Below the pieces are notes generated by a model. The model worked only from the letters and a program-made list of their open reading frames with translations, was not told where the DNA came from and ran no database searches. A program made the translations under genes and the position numbers. Below, piece by piece: positions 51,816 to 64,000 of a stretch of 64,000 nucleotides of DNA (position 1 is the first letter of the stretch; each line of letters begins with the position of its first letter). Source of the DNA: Octopus bimaculoides. Its lineage: Eukaryota. The DNA lies in contig NC_068990.1 in the NCBI RefSeq assembly GCF_001194135.2, positions 2,307,100-2,371,099 of the forward strand. Reading direction: 5' to 3'.

Positions 51816-53718
51816 TTGTATATATATATGTAGCTATATATACCCGAGGCACAATATTTTAATGGCGGTGCTCCAACATGGCCACAATCATTGGACTGAA
51901 ACATATAAAAGAAGAATAAAAGAAGAATATGAAATTGTTGTTTTTTCTATAAATCATTTTAAAATACTTTAAAATATATATTGACCTACATCCACGATAA
52001 TGCAGACAGGGAAGTTTAGAAAATAATTAAATACAAAGATTATATATTTTGCTCAATGCATTTACTAATCCAACATATATGTTTGCGATCTTCTGTTGTC
52101 GACCTGATAAAATGCAGTAAACACAGTCGATTTCTACTCGATGATACACTTCGGTAGTTACAAACTCCGATCAAAGAATACACCCTGACACACGCATCAG
52201 CGGTCGAAATCCCCTGCAGAAATTCCGGAACCAAATCCTGAGCATTACCAATAGACACATTTCTTATGGGACAATAAAAATCAACAGACACCAACAATTG
52301 TACGACGTTCTTTGATTAAACGAATATCTCCCACCAACTTCAGCACAAGACAAAATATTTCCCTACGTTTTCTTTTCAAACATGTAGCTTCTAAAGATAT
52401 CTATCAAGAGAAAAGCAGATAATTTGTCAAATTCAATATAATTCATTACGCTTCTTTCCTCTAGACTTTAACAACACGTTGTTATACACAAGCATACATA
52501 GTTTGAACTATAGCAAATCTAGACGTATTCTGCATTTAATGTCTTTATTACAGTTAACGAATAATCTTTGTTTGTAATCACATGTAATTATTCCCAACTA
52601 CATTAATTCTGATTTTTAAATCCTTTATATAGTGCTGGATGATGGCAGAGAGAGAATAGAATTCTAGATCTGTTATTCATGAATCAAAGTTGTATTACTT
52701 TGTCGTCAACAAAGACAATTTTTATTGAAGAAGGTCTCTCCTAGAAGAGCATAATTTGCATAATGCATACTATTCTGAAATTCCTATAGCAAAACAGTAT
52801 AGTTGCTTTGACACTGGCATGTCGTAGCAGTGTTTCTCCCATTATGTTAGCATTGTCAGTTAGAATCATTTACATGCATCACAACGCTATTGAAGATACT
52901 TAACATCAGACCTCTCTCAACGAATGGAAATCGATTATTCAACATATACATCACCAACATATTTCATTCATAACGTAATTACCTCACAAAATCCACCTAG
53001 TGCAAAACTTTGAATGGTAATAGAATGACTCATGAATTACTACACACACACACACGCACATACATACACACACATAAGCGTGTATGCCTGTATGAGGGAT
53101 TTATAATATAATTTGTACACGCACACGCCTGTACACAAATTCTTTTAAATACATACCCGCTTGTGTTTGTATATTAGAATGTGTGTGCATGTTTAAGTGG
53201 ATGCAAGTGTAATTTTGTGTTGATACGATGTTTTGCATATTAATATATGAATATAACATATTACATTAGCACAAAAGTCCACAATGTAAAAGAAGGCTTA
53301 TAGACAATTGAATGAACCACTGTTATTACTGGCAATTCTGTTATCTCGTCCTCAAGCAAATGAGGACAATAGAACACGCTAGGATATGAATTATAACGTA
53401 AATATACTTAACTAAATACCGCAGGCATTCAACCCAACACATTACGGTTTCTGTTATTGTGTTACTCTAATATATACATTGTCTAGTAAAATGAAATTTT
53501 GTTAATAAATTGTTGTTTCATGGAAGGCAGAGCAGAATGATTGCATATATTGCATAGAAATATGACGTAACCAACCATAAGGCGATTATATAGGTATGCA
53601 GATGCAATATGTATAGAGCAGTAACTAAAACGATATTAGTTGCTAAATATGCATGCGTATATATACATGTGTACATAAATAAATGCGTATATACATGAAT
53701 ATACACAGACAAACTAAA

Positions 53719-53729
53719 GCGCGCGCGCG

Positions 53730-53767
<38 letters not shown>

Positions 53768-53769
53768 CA
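53719..53769. repeat. (GC)6-(AC)n-(AT)n alternating purine-pyrimidine tract
   Basis: Read directly. Confidence 0.95.
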
Positions 53770-54797
53770 AATATACATTCATACATACATACAATCGTAC
53801 ATATATATTAGTATACAGACGTTTGTTTGAACGTGTGTGTATATATCTATGTGTGAGTGAATTATTGATATGCACTTTTCTGTTGTAGGTTTCGAACATA
53901 ATTCTGTATAATCGGTAATGTGTTTGTTCCAACCAACATACTTATATTTCCTTTATATCGACTGTAAAACATCTCAGACATCTCACATCATGTTTATTCC
54001 CATGTTCCAAATGCATTCCATTTATTTTCATCAATATTTTTATCCTTAGCTCACGCTTTGTTATTGAAGCCTATGTTTCCTTGCTTTCGTAATATTCTTT
54101 GTTAATAACTTGTTCAACATATCTATATAATAGTCTTGCTTTTAATTTTCTGCATCTCTTCTCAACCCAGAGGAATTTCTGTAAGCAGCATCCCATGTTG
54201 ATGAAGTTATCCTATCATTTCGGTTTAGTCTACTCCACTTCTAAAGCTCTGGTATTTTTATGCTCTGCCCTAAAATAGTTTATGTCAATTTGTATCTACT
54301 ATTATAATCGATAATGAAGCTTTAAAGATGAAAGTGTGCGTATATTTTTCCGAAATGAAACTACTCTCAAGCTGTACTTTACTTAATATTATAGATCCAT
54401 TAACATTGCGGATTTGTAGAAAGGACATTTATGTTTGGGCTGTGTTGCATTTAATAGATAAGAAATGTTTCCTGTCGATAACCGCTGCATTGCGATTTTG
54501 ATTGCTCGAATTTCATCGAGTGTTAATACTAACGGCTAGATGAAATAAACCATGTCGAATGCCAAAGACTGATTTACAGAGTTCAGAAATAAAAAGTAGA
54601 TGCAGTTCTACAAGCATTTTAATATAGTATACATATTTAAACCGCATTAGTGTGTACGGATAAGGATGCAGTCTCGTTTGTAAACTATTGTTGTTTAGCT
54701 CCAGGCCAACTCCAATCAATAAGATATGGGAAAAAATGTGACTACAGACTGACTGCTACACAGACAGACAGACACAGACAGAAAGCTAGAAAGATAT

Positions 54798-54828
<31 letters not shown>

Positions 54829-55046
54829 NNNNNNNNNNNNNNNNNNNNNNNNNNNNNNNNNNNNNNNNNNNNNNNNNNNNNNNNNNNNNNNNNNNNNNNN
54901 NNNNNNNNNNNNNNNNNNNNNNNNNNNNNNNNNNNNNNNNNNNNNNNNNNNNNNNNNNNNNNNNNNNNNNNNNNNNNNNNNNNNNNNNNNNNNNNNNNNN
55001 NNNNNNNNNNNNNNNNNNNNNNNNNNNNNNNNNNNNNNNNNNNNNN

Positions 55047-55086
<40 letters not shown>

Positions 55087-55115
55087 TGATAGATAGATTG
55101 ATAGATAGATAGATT

Positions 55116-55155
<40 letters not shown>

Positions 55156-55195
55156 CATACATACATACATACATACATACAGATAGATAGATAGC
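55047..55195. repeat. (GATA)n/(CATA)n microsatellite after gap 54829-55046
   Basis: Read directly. Confidence 0.95.
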
Positions 55196-56192
55196 TGTTC
55201 AATGTAATCCAAATCTATATACACAGTCACACATTTCTTAGAAATAATATTCCTAGCACTGTGGGTTTTTTTTACTGCAGAATAAACTTTCATCGTTATC
55301 TTTATGGCATTTATGCATTATCCAAAATATATTCCCGTTGTTAGCGAGTAATATGTGATATGAGAGAGATTCAACTGCTATTTCAAGCAAGTCGAACGAC
55401 CATCTGAAAATCTTTCGTTGGTTTATTGCAAATAAGTTGAATCGTTAGAATTCTGTGAACGATTCTCAAATATAAGTAATAATTACTGCTAGTGAAGCTG
55501 TGATAACTGATAAGAAAGTTCTTCGCTATAGTGGAAGTATAGATGTCAGACGGTTATCCATTTTCTTTACAATCCTTTATCACCGTGTATCTACAAATCA
55601 GTAGATTGCACTTTGTAATTTTCGTTGAGCATAAAAAATGTCAAATTATATTTATTTACTATACACAAAAGGATTTCTTTCGAAAAGGTATTGAGTACTT
55701 GCTATAAAGATAACTATAGAAATGTAACGACGCCAACTCCGTGACTGACGGAAGGATAGACATCAACAAAACAAGCGAAAGGAATAGATTCGTCAATGAA
55801 ATATTAAAAAGTGTTCTAACAAAGCGTAGTAGAATGACCCGACATAGACATAAAGGGCTCTATTATTTCTTTAGTCTATAAGTTCAAACCACGCTGGGAT
55901 TTTCTTAAATTATTTCGCTTATGTGAATAGCACTTTTGAAAGGAAACATTCAGTTCGCTACATTTTCTCCTTTTTGTAAATTTTCGGCCGAGGGTCAGTT
56001 TAAGAAATCAATATTAAGATGTTATAAAGACGTGTGAGTAGTCAGAATTGATATTTATACATAATTAACTAGTTAATATACTCATGTCATTTGATTTGAC
56101 TGCTGTATATCTGCAAATATTTGACGTTAAATTCAACTAATATTGGGAGAAGGTGGAGACTTGTGAGTAGCCATCCACGTAAAGCCCGTGTG

Positions 56193-56234
<42 letters not shown>

Positions 56235-56435
56235 NNNNNNNNNNNNNNNNNNNNNNNNNNNNNNNNNNNNNNNNNNNNNNNNNNNNNNNNNNNNNNNNNN
56301 NNNNNNNNNNNNNNNNNNNNNNNNNNNNNNNNNNNNNNNNNNNNNNNNNNNNNNNNNNNNNNNNNNNNNNNNNNNNNNNNNNNNNNNNNNNNNNNNNNNN
56401 NNNNNNNNNNNNNNNNNNNNNNNNNNNNNNNNNNN

Positions 56436-56467
<32 letters not shown>

Positions 56468-58465
56468 CCCTGAAACTCGAGTACGTACGTATCGTAGATC
56501 AAGATGGGAAGGATAACTTCCCTTGGCAAATACAGTCAGGACACAGAAGTGTGTCGATAACCAGCTGGAGAAGATGTCCTCCTGGGGCTAAAAGCAACAG
56601 TAACATCCACCCCTCGGGGTCAGCCACATTTAAGTGGCAAATATACTTCACTTTATCGTGCAGTTACTGTTAATACCTCGTTCAGAGATTTAACATATAT
56701 ATATATATATATACACATATATAAATGTCTTATTGTATATATACATATGTGTTTGTGTGCGTGCGTGTGTATGTGTGCGTATGCGTATGTGTGTGTATGC
56801 ATGTATACACAGAAACACAGACACGCAGGCACACAGGCAAACATACACACACATGCACACTCACACAGGTTTACATCGGAGTTAAAATTAGTTGATCCAA
56901 TTTTATATGAAAATTTTCCAAAGCTTATATGAAACTCGGAATAATACACTTAATTCTATTATGCAATTAAGACGAAATTTATATTTTTTAATACTGAATG
57001 CTCATTGTTTCATGATACTTGCTCCCTATCTCGTTCCCATTCCCTCTTACTATTTACATATATACATACATACGTACACACACACAAACACACACACACA
57101 TACCATATATCATCGCATGTACAGTGAACAGCGGCAATCAATACGATGACTTGCATCTTTATTTTTAGTACCTACAACCAGGCTTGAACATAAATATACC
57201 AGTCACTGTTGCGTTGCTACATTCACGTGTAGGACAACGGTGTGCTCATCAGGCACTCGATTCATTAGCACAAGGGTCTCTGGGGCAGCCGGTTTCAATA
57301 TAGTTGTGAGTCGTGAGCCAGAGGCAACCGGACTAACAAGAGTAGAACAGCTTGTTTATAACGTCTATGAACAAACTGCTCTGATCAGTGCTTATATCTA
57401 CCGAGTGATAACAAGATCCTCATCCACACGGTACGCAGCGAGAATCAAAACGATACTTTACAAACTCATTCTTAAAACAATCCGGCAGATTCGAATAGGA
57501 ATATGCTAATTGCTGTTGCGTTTCGTCACAGAAAGATAATTTCTCCTTCAGGACGAAAGTGTAGCACACTTAATACACCGGTGAAAGTGGTTTTGACATC
57601 ATTGTGTCTCGTCATCCAGAAGTATTCGGATTAATGAACCCAACAAGAGTCGAAGCTCTTGTTTAGAACATCAGCGAACATTCGCACTCACACACACACA
57701 CATACACACACACATACACACACACAAACGTACACACACACACACACAGATAGAGAAATAAACACAGTCATATACATATTTAGCAAGTAGAAAATTTGTG
57801 GCAACAAAATACAGTAATTGTTTTAGATTACCAGAAAGTAAATAGAATAGACAACATTTTCACCCTTCCGGATGAAGGCCCTTCATATGAAAGTAAAAGA
57901 AAAACAAAATGGATGAAAAATACAAAGGGGAAATATTGGATGCAGGAAACATTTATCAAAAAATTTAAAGGACGAAATGCCCTCGGAAGTAAACTTAAGC
58001 ACCGTAATTGTAAAGGACGTTAGAATAGGCCACGACTAATTTTCAGCTGTTGAAGAGTGAAAATAGTTAATGAGTAGAGCATTGGGTGTAGGATAACATT
58101 TTTAAAGCAGCATAATACGTGATGAAGTCTATGTTGCAGACACTATAAATTGCTATGAGCTAAGAACCTATCCGGCAACAGATGATGGGGTTGTTTTCTG
58201 GAAACCTAAATGTCTATACGTTAACTTGAGTCAGTCTATCGATTTCTAACCCAAAGGTACTAAAACTTTGGTATAATTTTATTATTCATGGCTGAATCAA
58301 CTTTGTTAAGTGGAAGATACGTTACATCTCCCATGTATGTATGTACGTATGTATGTATATATGTATGTATGTATGTATGCATGTATGCATGTATGTATGT
58401 ATGTATGTATGTATGTATCTATACATCTATCTATCTCTCTATCCATCTCTCTCTCTCTCTCTCTG

Positions 58466-58496
<31 letters not shown>

Positions 58497-58634
58497 TATA
58501 NNNNNNNNNNNNNNNNNNNNNNNNNNNNNNNNNNNNNNNNNNNNNNNNNNNNNNNNNNNNNNNNNNNNNNNNNNNNNNNNNNNNNNNNNNNNNNNNNNNN
58601 NNNNNNTATATATATATATATATATACATATATA

Positions 58635-58790
58635 TACAGGGTGCGTAAGACATTTGAGGACATACCCGTCTTAGGGTCATTACTACATTTTTTGATAACT
58701 CTGAACAATCTTTGTTTCAGAGACTAATAATGGCAGACCCTCAGCTTACTCAAGAAATGAAGAGGCATGCTGTTATTGTGCTTATAATAC
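58635..58790 (+). mobile_element. 5' terminal fragment of the maT-like family seen at 38325-39548
   Basis: TIR tacagggtgcgtaagacatttgaggacatac..gggtcatt; ATG 58730 MADPQLTQEMKRHAVIVLI versus MANPQLIQEMKRYAVVMVI. Confidence 0.88.
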
Positions 58791-59764
58791 AGACAACTCT
58801 TCTCAACGCTGGAGCTTTTCTGTCGCTCGGTCGACGAGAAATCGCAACGAATTTCTCTTTTAAAGCACACACTATTGCCTTAAGTAATGAAAATACATTT
58901 TACACTTAGATAAAAAGATACAGTATATTCGAAGTCATGTCTGAGTGATTGGGACTCACATGGAAATAAATAGATGAAACAAAAACAATCTATGCAAATC
59001 ACAGTAAATGGATGAAATATGTAACTGAATTGTAAGTAATAATGAAATACTACAGCTTACCTTTAAGGATCGTTGCATCATTTTAAAACTAAATTTTCGT
59101 TTTCCTGCTGGCTTGGACTTGATTAAAATCTTACCGTGCCTACAGATTTGTGAAAGGTGTTCTTTAGTTTAGCAATTTGCCGAACATAAAGCATACTGAC
59201 AACGTCTTCTGCGGTATTATAGAAAATCCACAAATCAAATAGGAATACTACTCAAATATTCGGCATTTTTGAAATGACACAGCATTACATTCTACGCGCC
59301 GAAGAAGATGATAACGCTGATATCGCTGGTTACCTAAATCAATAGCAGTGAATCAAAATCGAAACACATAAACCATTTTCGTTGCCTGTTCCCGTAGATT
59401 AGCATGAATTCTCATGTGTATAAAGGATGAATAAATCACTCAAACCTGTTAGACTTTACAGTGTTTGGCGAAATGCAGTTAGTCAAATCAAATAGAAAAC
59501 TCATAAAAAATTTATTATTGCATGAATTCGGTTGGAATTTACAGATATGATATTCGATCTTTGGTGTACGTTGTGAATGTGGGTTTTACACGTTGAATTT
59601 TACTTGTCATCATGTGCTTTCACCTATCAAGTTAGGTTGAACACAATGAAGTCGGATACATGTCCTTTCACGCCCTTTCACTTACACTTAAATGTTATTG
59701 TTTCCCGGGCGTTGATTTTTATAATTGAATTATAACTGAATCATAAAAGATACAAAAGTAATAA

Positions 59765-59945
59765 ATAATTATTTCTAATTTTGGTACTCTAACAACTTGG
59801 CTGGTATTATATTTCGTCGAACTGAAAATGATGATAGACAAAATTGGTCTCGGCGCGATTAGAATTCAGAAGGTAAAATGTCATGAAAAATCGCTGCGAA
59901 GTATTTCGTCGACGATGTAACGGTTCTGCTAGCGTATTGCCAATC
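59765..59945 (-). mobile_element. Decayed tRNA-SINE (family of 10209)
   Basis: atttctaattttgg..ctggtattatatttcgtcga..tctcggcgcgattagaattcagaag..aacggttctgctagcg. Confidence 0.6.
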
Positions 59946-60635
59946 CAAATACGGTTTCGCGTGATGTAGAATTTACGAAAGGCGCGATTATTTGCGTTAA
60001 AAGAATTTAGAAGTAACCAAATTTGAGTTTGACCTCAGAGTAGCTGGAAAGACCAAGTAAAACAAATTTCCGTACTTATTCACATATCTCTCCGCCATTT
60101 TTTACCCATATCGTGCTTGTAGACTCAAATTCTGCCCAAACAAACGCACCCAGATCTCCATTTCTCGAACTTTGCTCTTAGAATTCACTTTTTTTACACG
60201 TTTTTCTTGCATCGAACTACTTGTAAAATTTCATAAACTATAACGATATCCGTCACTGTGATCACTGTGGAGAGCCTTCAAAACCATGTCTTCGGAGGCT
60301 TTTTGACAAAATATTGAAACAGCGTGGGCTCGTGAAAACTAAGCTTTATCGGTCGCGGATCGTTACTCAAGAAGAAGTGGATAAATACTGTTATGTCGTT
60401 ATGTTTTGGTGTCCAGTTCAAGGACTGGATGAACATTCAATGCCAAATTTAAGTGTTAGGCTGTCTAAATCCTTCCATTCATACATGCCTACAAACATAC
60501 ATGCATTATCTCCATCCATCCATCCATCCATGGATACATTCAATACATACATACATATATTCACATATACAAACACACATTCATACATACATACACACAT
60601 ACATACATACATAAATGAATAAATAAATAGATAAA

Positions 60636-60995
60636 TAAAGGCGCAGGCACGGATACTTGTAAAACATGTTTTTCCCAACCACATGGTTGCAAGTTCACTC
60701 CCACAGCGTAGCACCTTGGGCCAAGCCTTGTGAGTGGATTTGTTTCCCGTAAACTGAAAGAAGACTGTCATTTATGTGTGTGAGTGTTTGTGAAAATCTC
60801 AATAACCGTTGTTGGTATGTTTACGTTACCGTTAATCCGAGATATTAGGTAAGAGACACTGAGAGAATAAGCACAAGACGCATAAAAGTGTTTTAATATA
60901 AGCACCGAGGAAGATTCGTACGACTAAAATCATTGAAGGTGGCGCCCCAGCATTGCCGCAGTCAAGTAACGGAAGCAGTAAAAGATAGGTAAAAG
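60636..60995 (+). mobile_element. Near-full-length SINE (abundant family)
   Basis: aaggcgcagg head, tcccaaccacatggttgcaagttcactccc B-box region, gccttgtgagtggatttg, tail gaaggtggcgccccagcattgccgcagtc..agtaaaaga. Confidence 0.85.
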
Positions 60996-61332
60996 ATGCA
61001 TACAACATACATGTACGCATATATACATACATACATACATACTTACACAAACATATATATATATANNNNNNNNNNNNNNNNNNNNNNNNNNNNNNNNNNN
61101 NNNNNNNNNNNNNNNNNNNNNNNNNNNNNNNNNNNNNNNNNNNNNNNNNNNNNNNNNNNNNNNNNNNNNNNNNNNNNNNNNNNNNNNNNNNNNNNNNNNN
61201 NNNNNNNNNNNNNNNNNNNNNNNNNNNNNNNNNNNNNNNNNNNNNNNNNNNNNNNNNNNNNNNNNNNNNNNNNNNNNNNNNNNNNNNNNNNNNNNNNNNN
61301 NNNNNNNNNNNNNNNNNNNNNNNNNNNNNNAT

Positions 61333-61728
61333 ACTCTTTTATTCTTTAACTTGTTTCAGTCATATGACTGCGGCCATGCTGGAGCACCGCCTTAAATTTT
61401 TAGTCGAAGAAATTGACCTCAGGACTTATTCAATCGGTATATTTTGCTGAATCACTAAATTTCAGGGACGTAAACACACAAACGTCGGTTGTTAAGGGAT
61501 GGTGGTGGTGGTGGGGATAAATACAGATGAAACACATGGATATGAATATAAATACATATATACATGTACGATAGACTTCTTTCAGTTTTCCTCTAAATAA
61601 TCAACTCACAAGGATGTGGTCAGTGCTATGCTACAGTAGGAAATACTTGCCCAAGGTGACACACAGTGGGACTGAACCCCGGACCATGTGGTTGTCAAGA
61701 AAGCTTCTTGCCACACAGCTACATCTGC
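61333..61728 (-). mobile_element. Full-length SINE (abundant family), best-preserved copy in the window
   Basis: Minus head gctgtgtggcaagaagc..caaccacatggtccggggttcagtcccactg, internal TA-rich spacer, tail aaggcggtgctccagcatggccgcagtcatatgactgaaacaag and taaaagag repeats. Confidence 0.92.
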
Positions 61729-61732
61729 ATCT

Positions 61733-61769
<37 letters not shown>

Positions 61770-62150
61770 TACTCACATACATACATACATACATGCATAC
61801 ACGCATACACACACATATACACACACATATATATAATCAATTAAAAACAACAAAGAAAAAGAAAAAAAACAAACACACGAGGGGACGTAGCCAATGGCCC
61901 ACGTACGGTTGCACTTCTCAAGTAGAGGAGATGAAGAGAAAGTGCCTTCTGGGACAGGAGAGTGTAAAGATGGTCAGTGTGTGTGTGTGTGTGTGTGCGT
62001 GTGTATGTGTGTGCGCGTGTGTGCGCACGTGCGTGCGAGCGTGCGCGCGCACATGTATTTGTGGTGTGTGTGATGTCTAGTATAGGAATAAAAAATAAAA
62101 TTTAATACAAAATAATGAAAATAAAAATTATCAATAATAGGCGCAGGAGT

Positions 62151-63913
62151 GGTTTCTGTTAATTATCCAGATACCCGGCCCGAACGTTCTTCTGAACAGG
62201 CAGATCAAGTGACTTACTTCGTAGCCCAGAGTCTCCCCCAAGGCGTCTTCGGACATCGATCCCACAATACTGCTATAGAAATCCGCAGTGGAAAACTTGT
62301 TGCCGGCATTGCCCGTCCGAAAGAGTAGCTGAAGTGCCTTACGGCACCTCAATTGCCAGTCCACCAGTCTTGGTCTCTCCTTGAGCTACGTACCAATGTC
62401 CGTTAAGGACGTTAACTGCGGGAGATAGAAACGGACGTGCGATGATCACACTTGCTCTCCATCCAGGTAAAGCCATAGGTGCCTCAACCTTAACGTGAAT
62501 TTTCGTATTTGCAGCCAAGGCATTCCTAACCCACCGTTTAGCGGTTTCTGGCAGCAGACAGAGCGTTTCACAAGCGGTTTTCATCCCTTCCACAAAAAAA
62601 ACGGAAAAGGATTCTCTCCAACGTGTTAAGTCACAAATCAGGGTAAGGCACCACGATCAGGCGGTAGGTGTTAACTGATGCTATAAAAATCTGCACTACA
62701 TCTGCCTTAGAGCAGTCACCTTGTTGGTCACCTCACACCAATTCTTCTCGAGGTCCGGACCAAACTAGACTCTGAGTAGCTTAACAGGACATTCCATCCA
62801 ACACCTCACGACGTTATTGGACGCCATCGGCTTGACCCTCCAAGTGCCAAGTTGCAAACCGACCGACTTGTCCTTGTTAACTTTTACTCCTGCCACCACC
62901 TCGTTGCTTTTGATGGCCTTTTCCACCACTGGAAGCTGACCCTCATCCGCCACAATGATGTAGATGTCATCCGCATACACCGTAGCTCCTCTTCCACACC
63001 ATAGATCATGCAGGCGCCGCCACCAAGTGCCTCCAACTTTCGCAGCAATGGCTCAAGACCCAGCACATACAAAAGCGAAGACAGTAGACACCCCTGACGC
63101 ACTGAACGCTTTATACTGATTAGCTTCGAAAATAAATCATTCACTCTAACGACAGACTCGATGTCGCTGCACAAAACGGCAATCCAATCGTGGAAGGTCG
63201 GGCCCAGTCCAGCCTTCTCGAGGACCAAAGCGAAGTACCGATGGTCGATCCTATCAAACGCCTTAGACTGGTCTAAATGTACCAGTGCCCCTCCTGCGCC
63301 AGAAAGCTTCGGTATCGTCTCTAAGGTGTAGCCTAGAAGAGGGAGGTTGTCGTGGACCAACCTTCCCGGGATTGCGCAAGTTTGCACCCTCTCCACAAGT
63401 CTATCTACGACTCGCGCCAACCTTTTTGCTAAAACCTTGGCCAAAATTTTTAACTCTGTGTTTAGCAGTGTTATGGGCCAAGTTACTAATCTCGTCCCCC
63501 TTCCTCGAGTCCTTTCGGCTCAGCGTCACCTCGCAGAATTTGGAATTCTCCCATTCTGCTTTCAATTGGCGTAAACGCTGGCCAGTAGGTGCCCGAACAA
63601 GTGTGCCATACTCTTATAGAATTCATAGGGCAGACCATCGAAACCCGGCGACTTCTCTCCAGGGCATTCGCCTAGCACTTCCATCACCTCCTCGGGTGTG
63701 ATTGGCCCTTCACAGCACTCAGCCTCTCGTGCCGAGAGATGCGGGCCGCCAGACAAGAAGTCCCTAAGGGCCTTACCATGAACCAGCTTCCCGCTCCTCC
63801 TGAACAACTCAGCAAAGTGTTTGTAAAACGCCTCACACATTCTCGTCCCGTCGGTCGACCGAACTCCCATTGTCGTCAATCAGAGACCTAATCGTGGCAT
63901 CATTGCCACGCTG
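62151..63913 (-). mobile_element. L1/Tx1-clade LINE ORF2 fragment (linker, RT, partial C-terminus), truncated at both ends, frameshifted
   Basis: KSPGFDGLPYEFY (ORF 63562-63879); AKVLAKRL..QTCAIPGR..LDQSKAFDRIDH..SVRQGCLLSSLLYVLGLEPL (62884-63444); MYADDI..VNKDKSVGL (62765-62980). Much higher GC than the flanks. No endonuclease, terminal CCHC or poly(A). Confidence 0.95.
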
Positions 63914-63973
63914 GGTTCGAAACCACCACCTAACAATTTTGTGCGCAACGGCTCAACCACTGCGTCACGCGCC
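63913..63973 (-). mobile_element. tRNA-like SINE head abutting the Tx1 fragment
   Basis: ggcgcg-TGACGCAGTGG (A box, 63957-63967)..GGTTTCGAACCC (B box, 63913-63924); aligns without gaps to the SINE head ending at 8711 (about 33/60 by hand count). Confidence 0.6.
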
Positions 63974-64000
63974 TTCACTGTATATATATATATGTATATA

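Noticed and set aside
55720-55881. 53-codon open frame after an AG
   Set aside because: No polypyrimidine tract and no recognisable homology; length is within chance.
56520-56640. GC-rich, hairpin-containing stretch tested as an HDV-like ribozyme
   Set aside because: I could not build P1, P1.1 and P2 around the gtcctcctggggc segment.
57642-57663. 8-bp hairpin aacaagag-tcgaag-ctcttgtt
   Set aside because: Stems of this length are expected many times by chance in 64 kb.
63913-63973. Possible genuine tRNA gene (also the heads at 8711, 10209 and 61728)
   Set aside because: A and B boxes are present but no complete cloverleaf with paired anticodon and acceptor stems; these are SINE-type heads.

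Overview
Strongly AT-rich, microsatellite-saturated eukaryotic DNA from a gapped draft assembly (17 N-runs, almost all flanked by (TA)n, (CA)n, (CT)n or (GATA)n tracts). The SINE sequences, repeat spectrum and microsatellite density point to an Octopus genome (inference from recognised motifs, not from a search). I found no host protein-coding exon, rRNA, intact tRNA or CRISPR array that I can support; the window looks intronic or intergenic, and most ORF-track entries are artefacts of simple repeats and gaps. It contains a dense layer of decayed mobile DNA: about 15 tRNA-derived SINE copies or fragments of at least three families, R4/Dong-like (REL endonuclease) LINE relics beside a (ATA)n array, two Penelope-like relics, two RTE relics, a 1.8-kb L1/Tx1 fragment, five mariner copies and three maT/DD37D-like copies or fragments. 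The most notable observations are: a precise 42-bp inversion at the junction of an RT-deleting rearrangement in the R4/Dong copy; fossil minimal hammerhead-ribozyme motifs of the Penelope type; a tRNA-like SINE head fused to the 5' end of the Tx1 fragment; and a CACTA-initiated 13-bp subterminal-like array. Family assignments rest on manual translation and remembered motif consensuses; boundaries of old copies are approximate.
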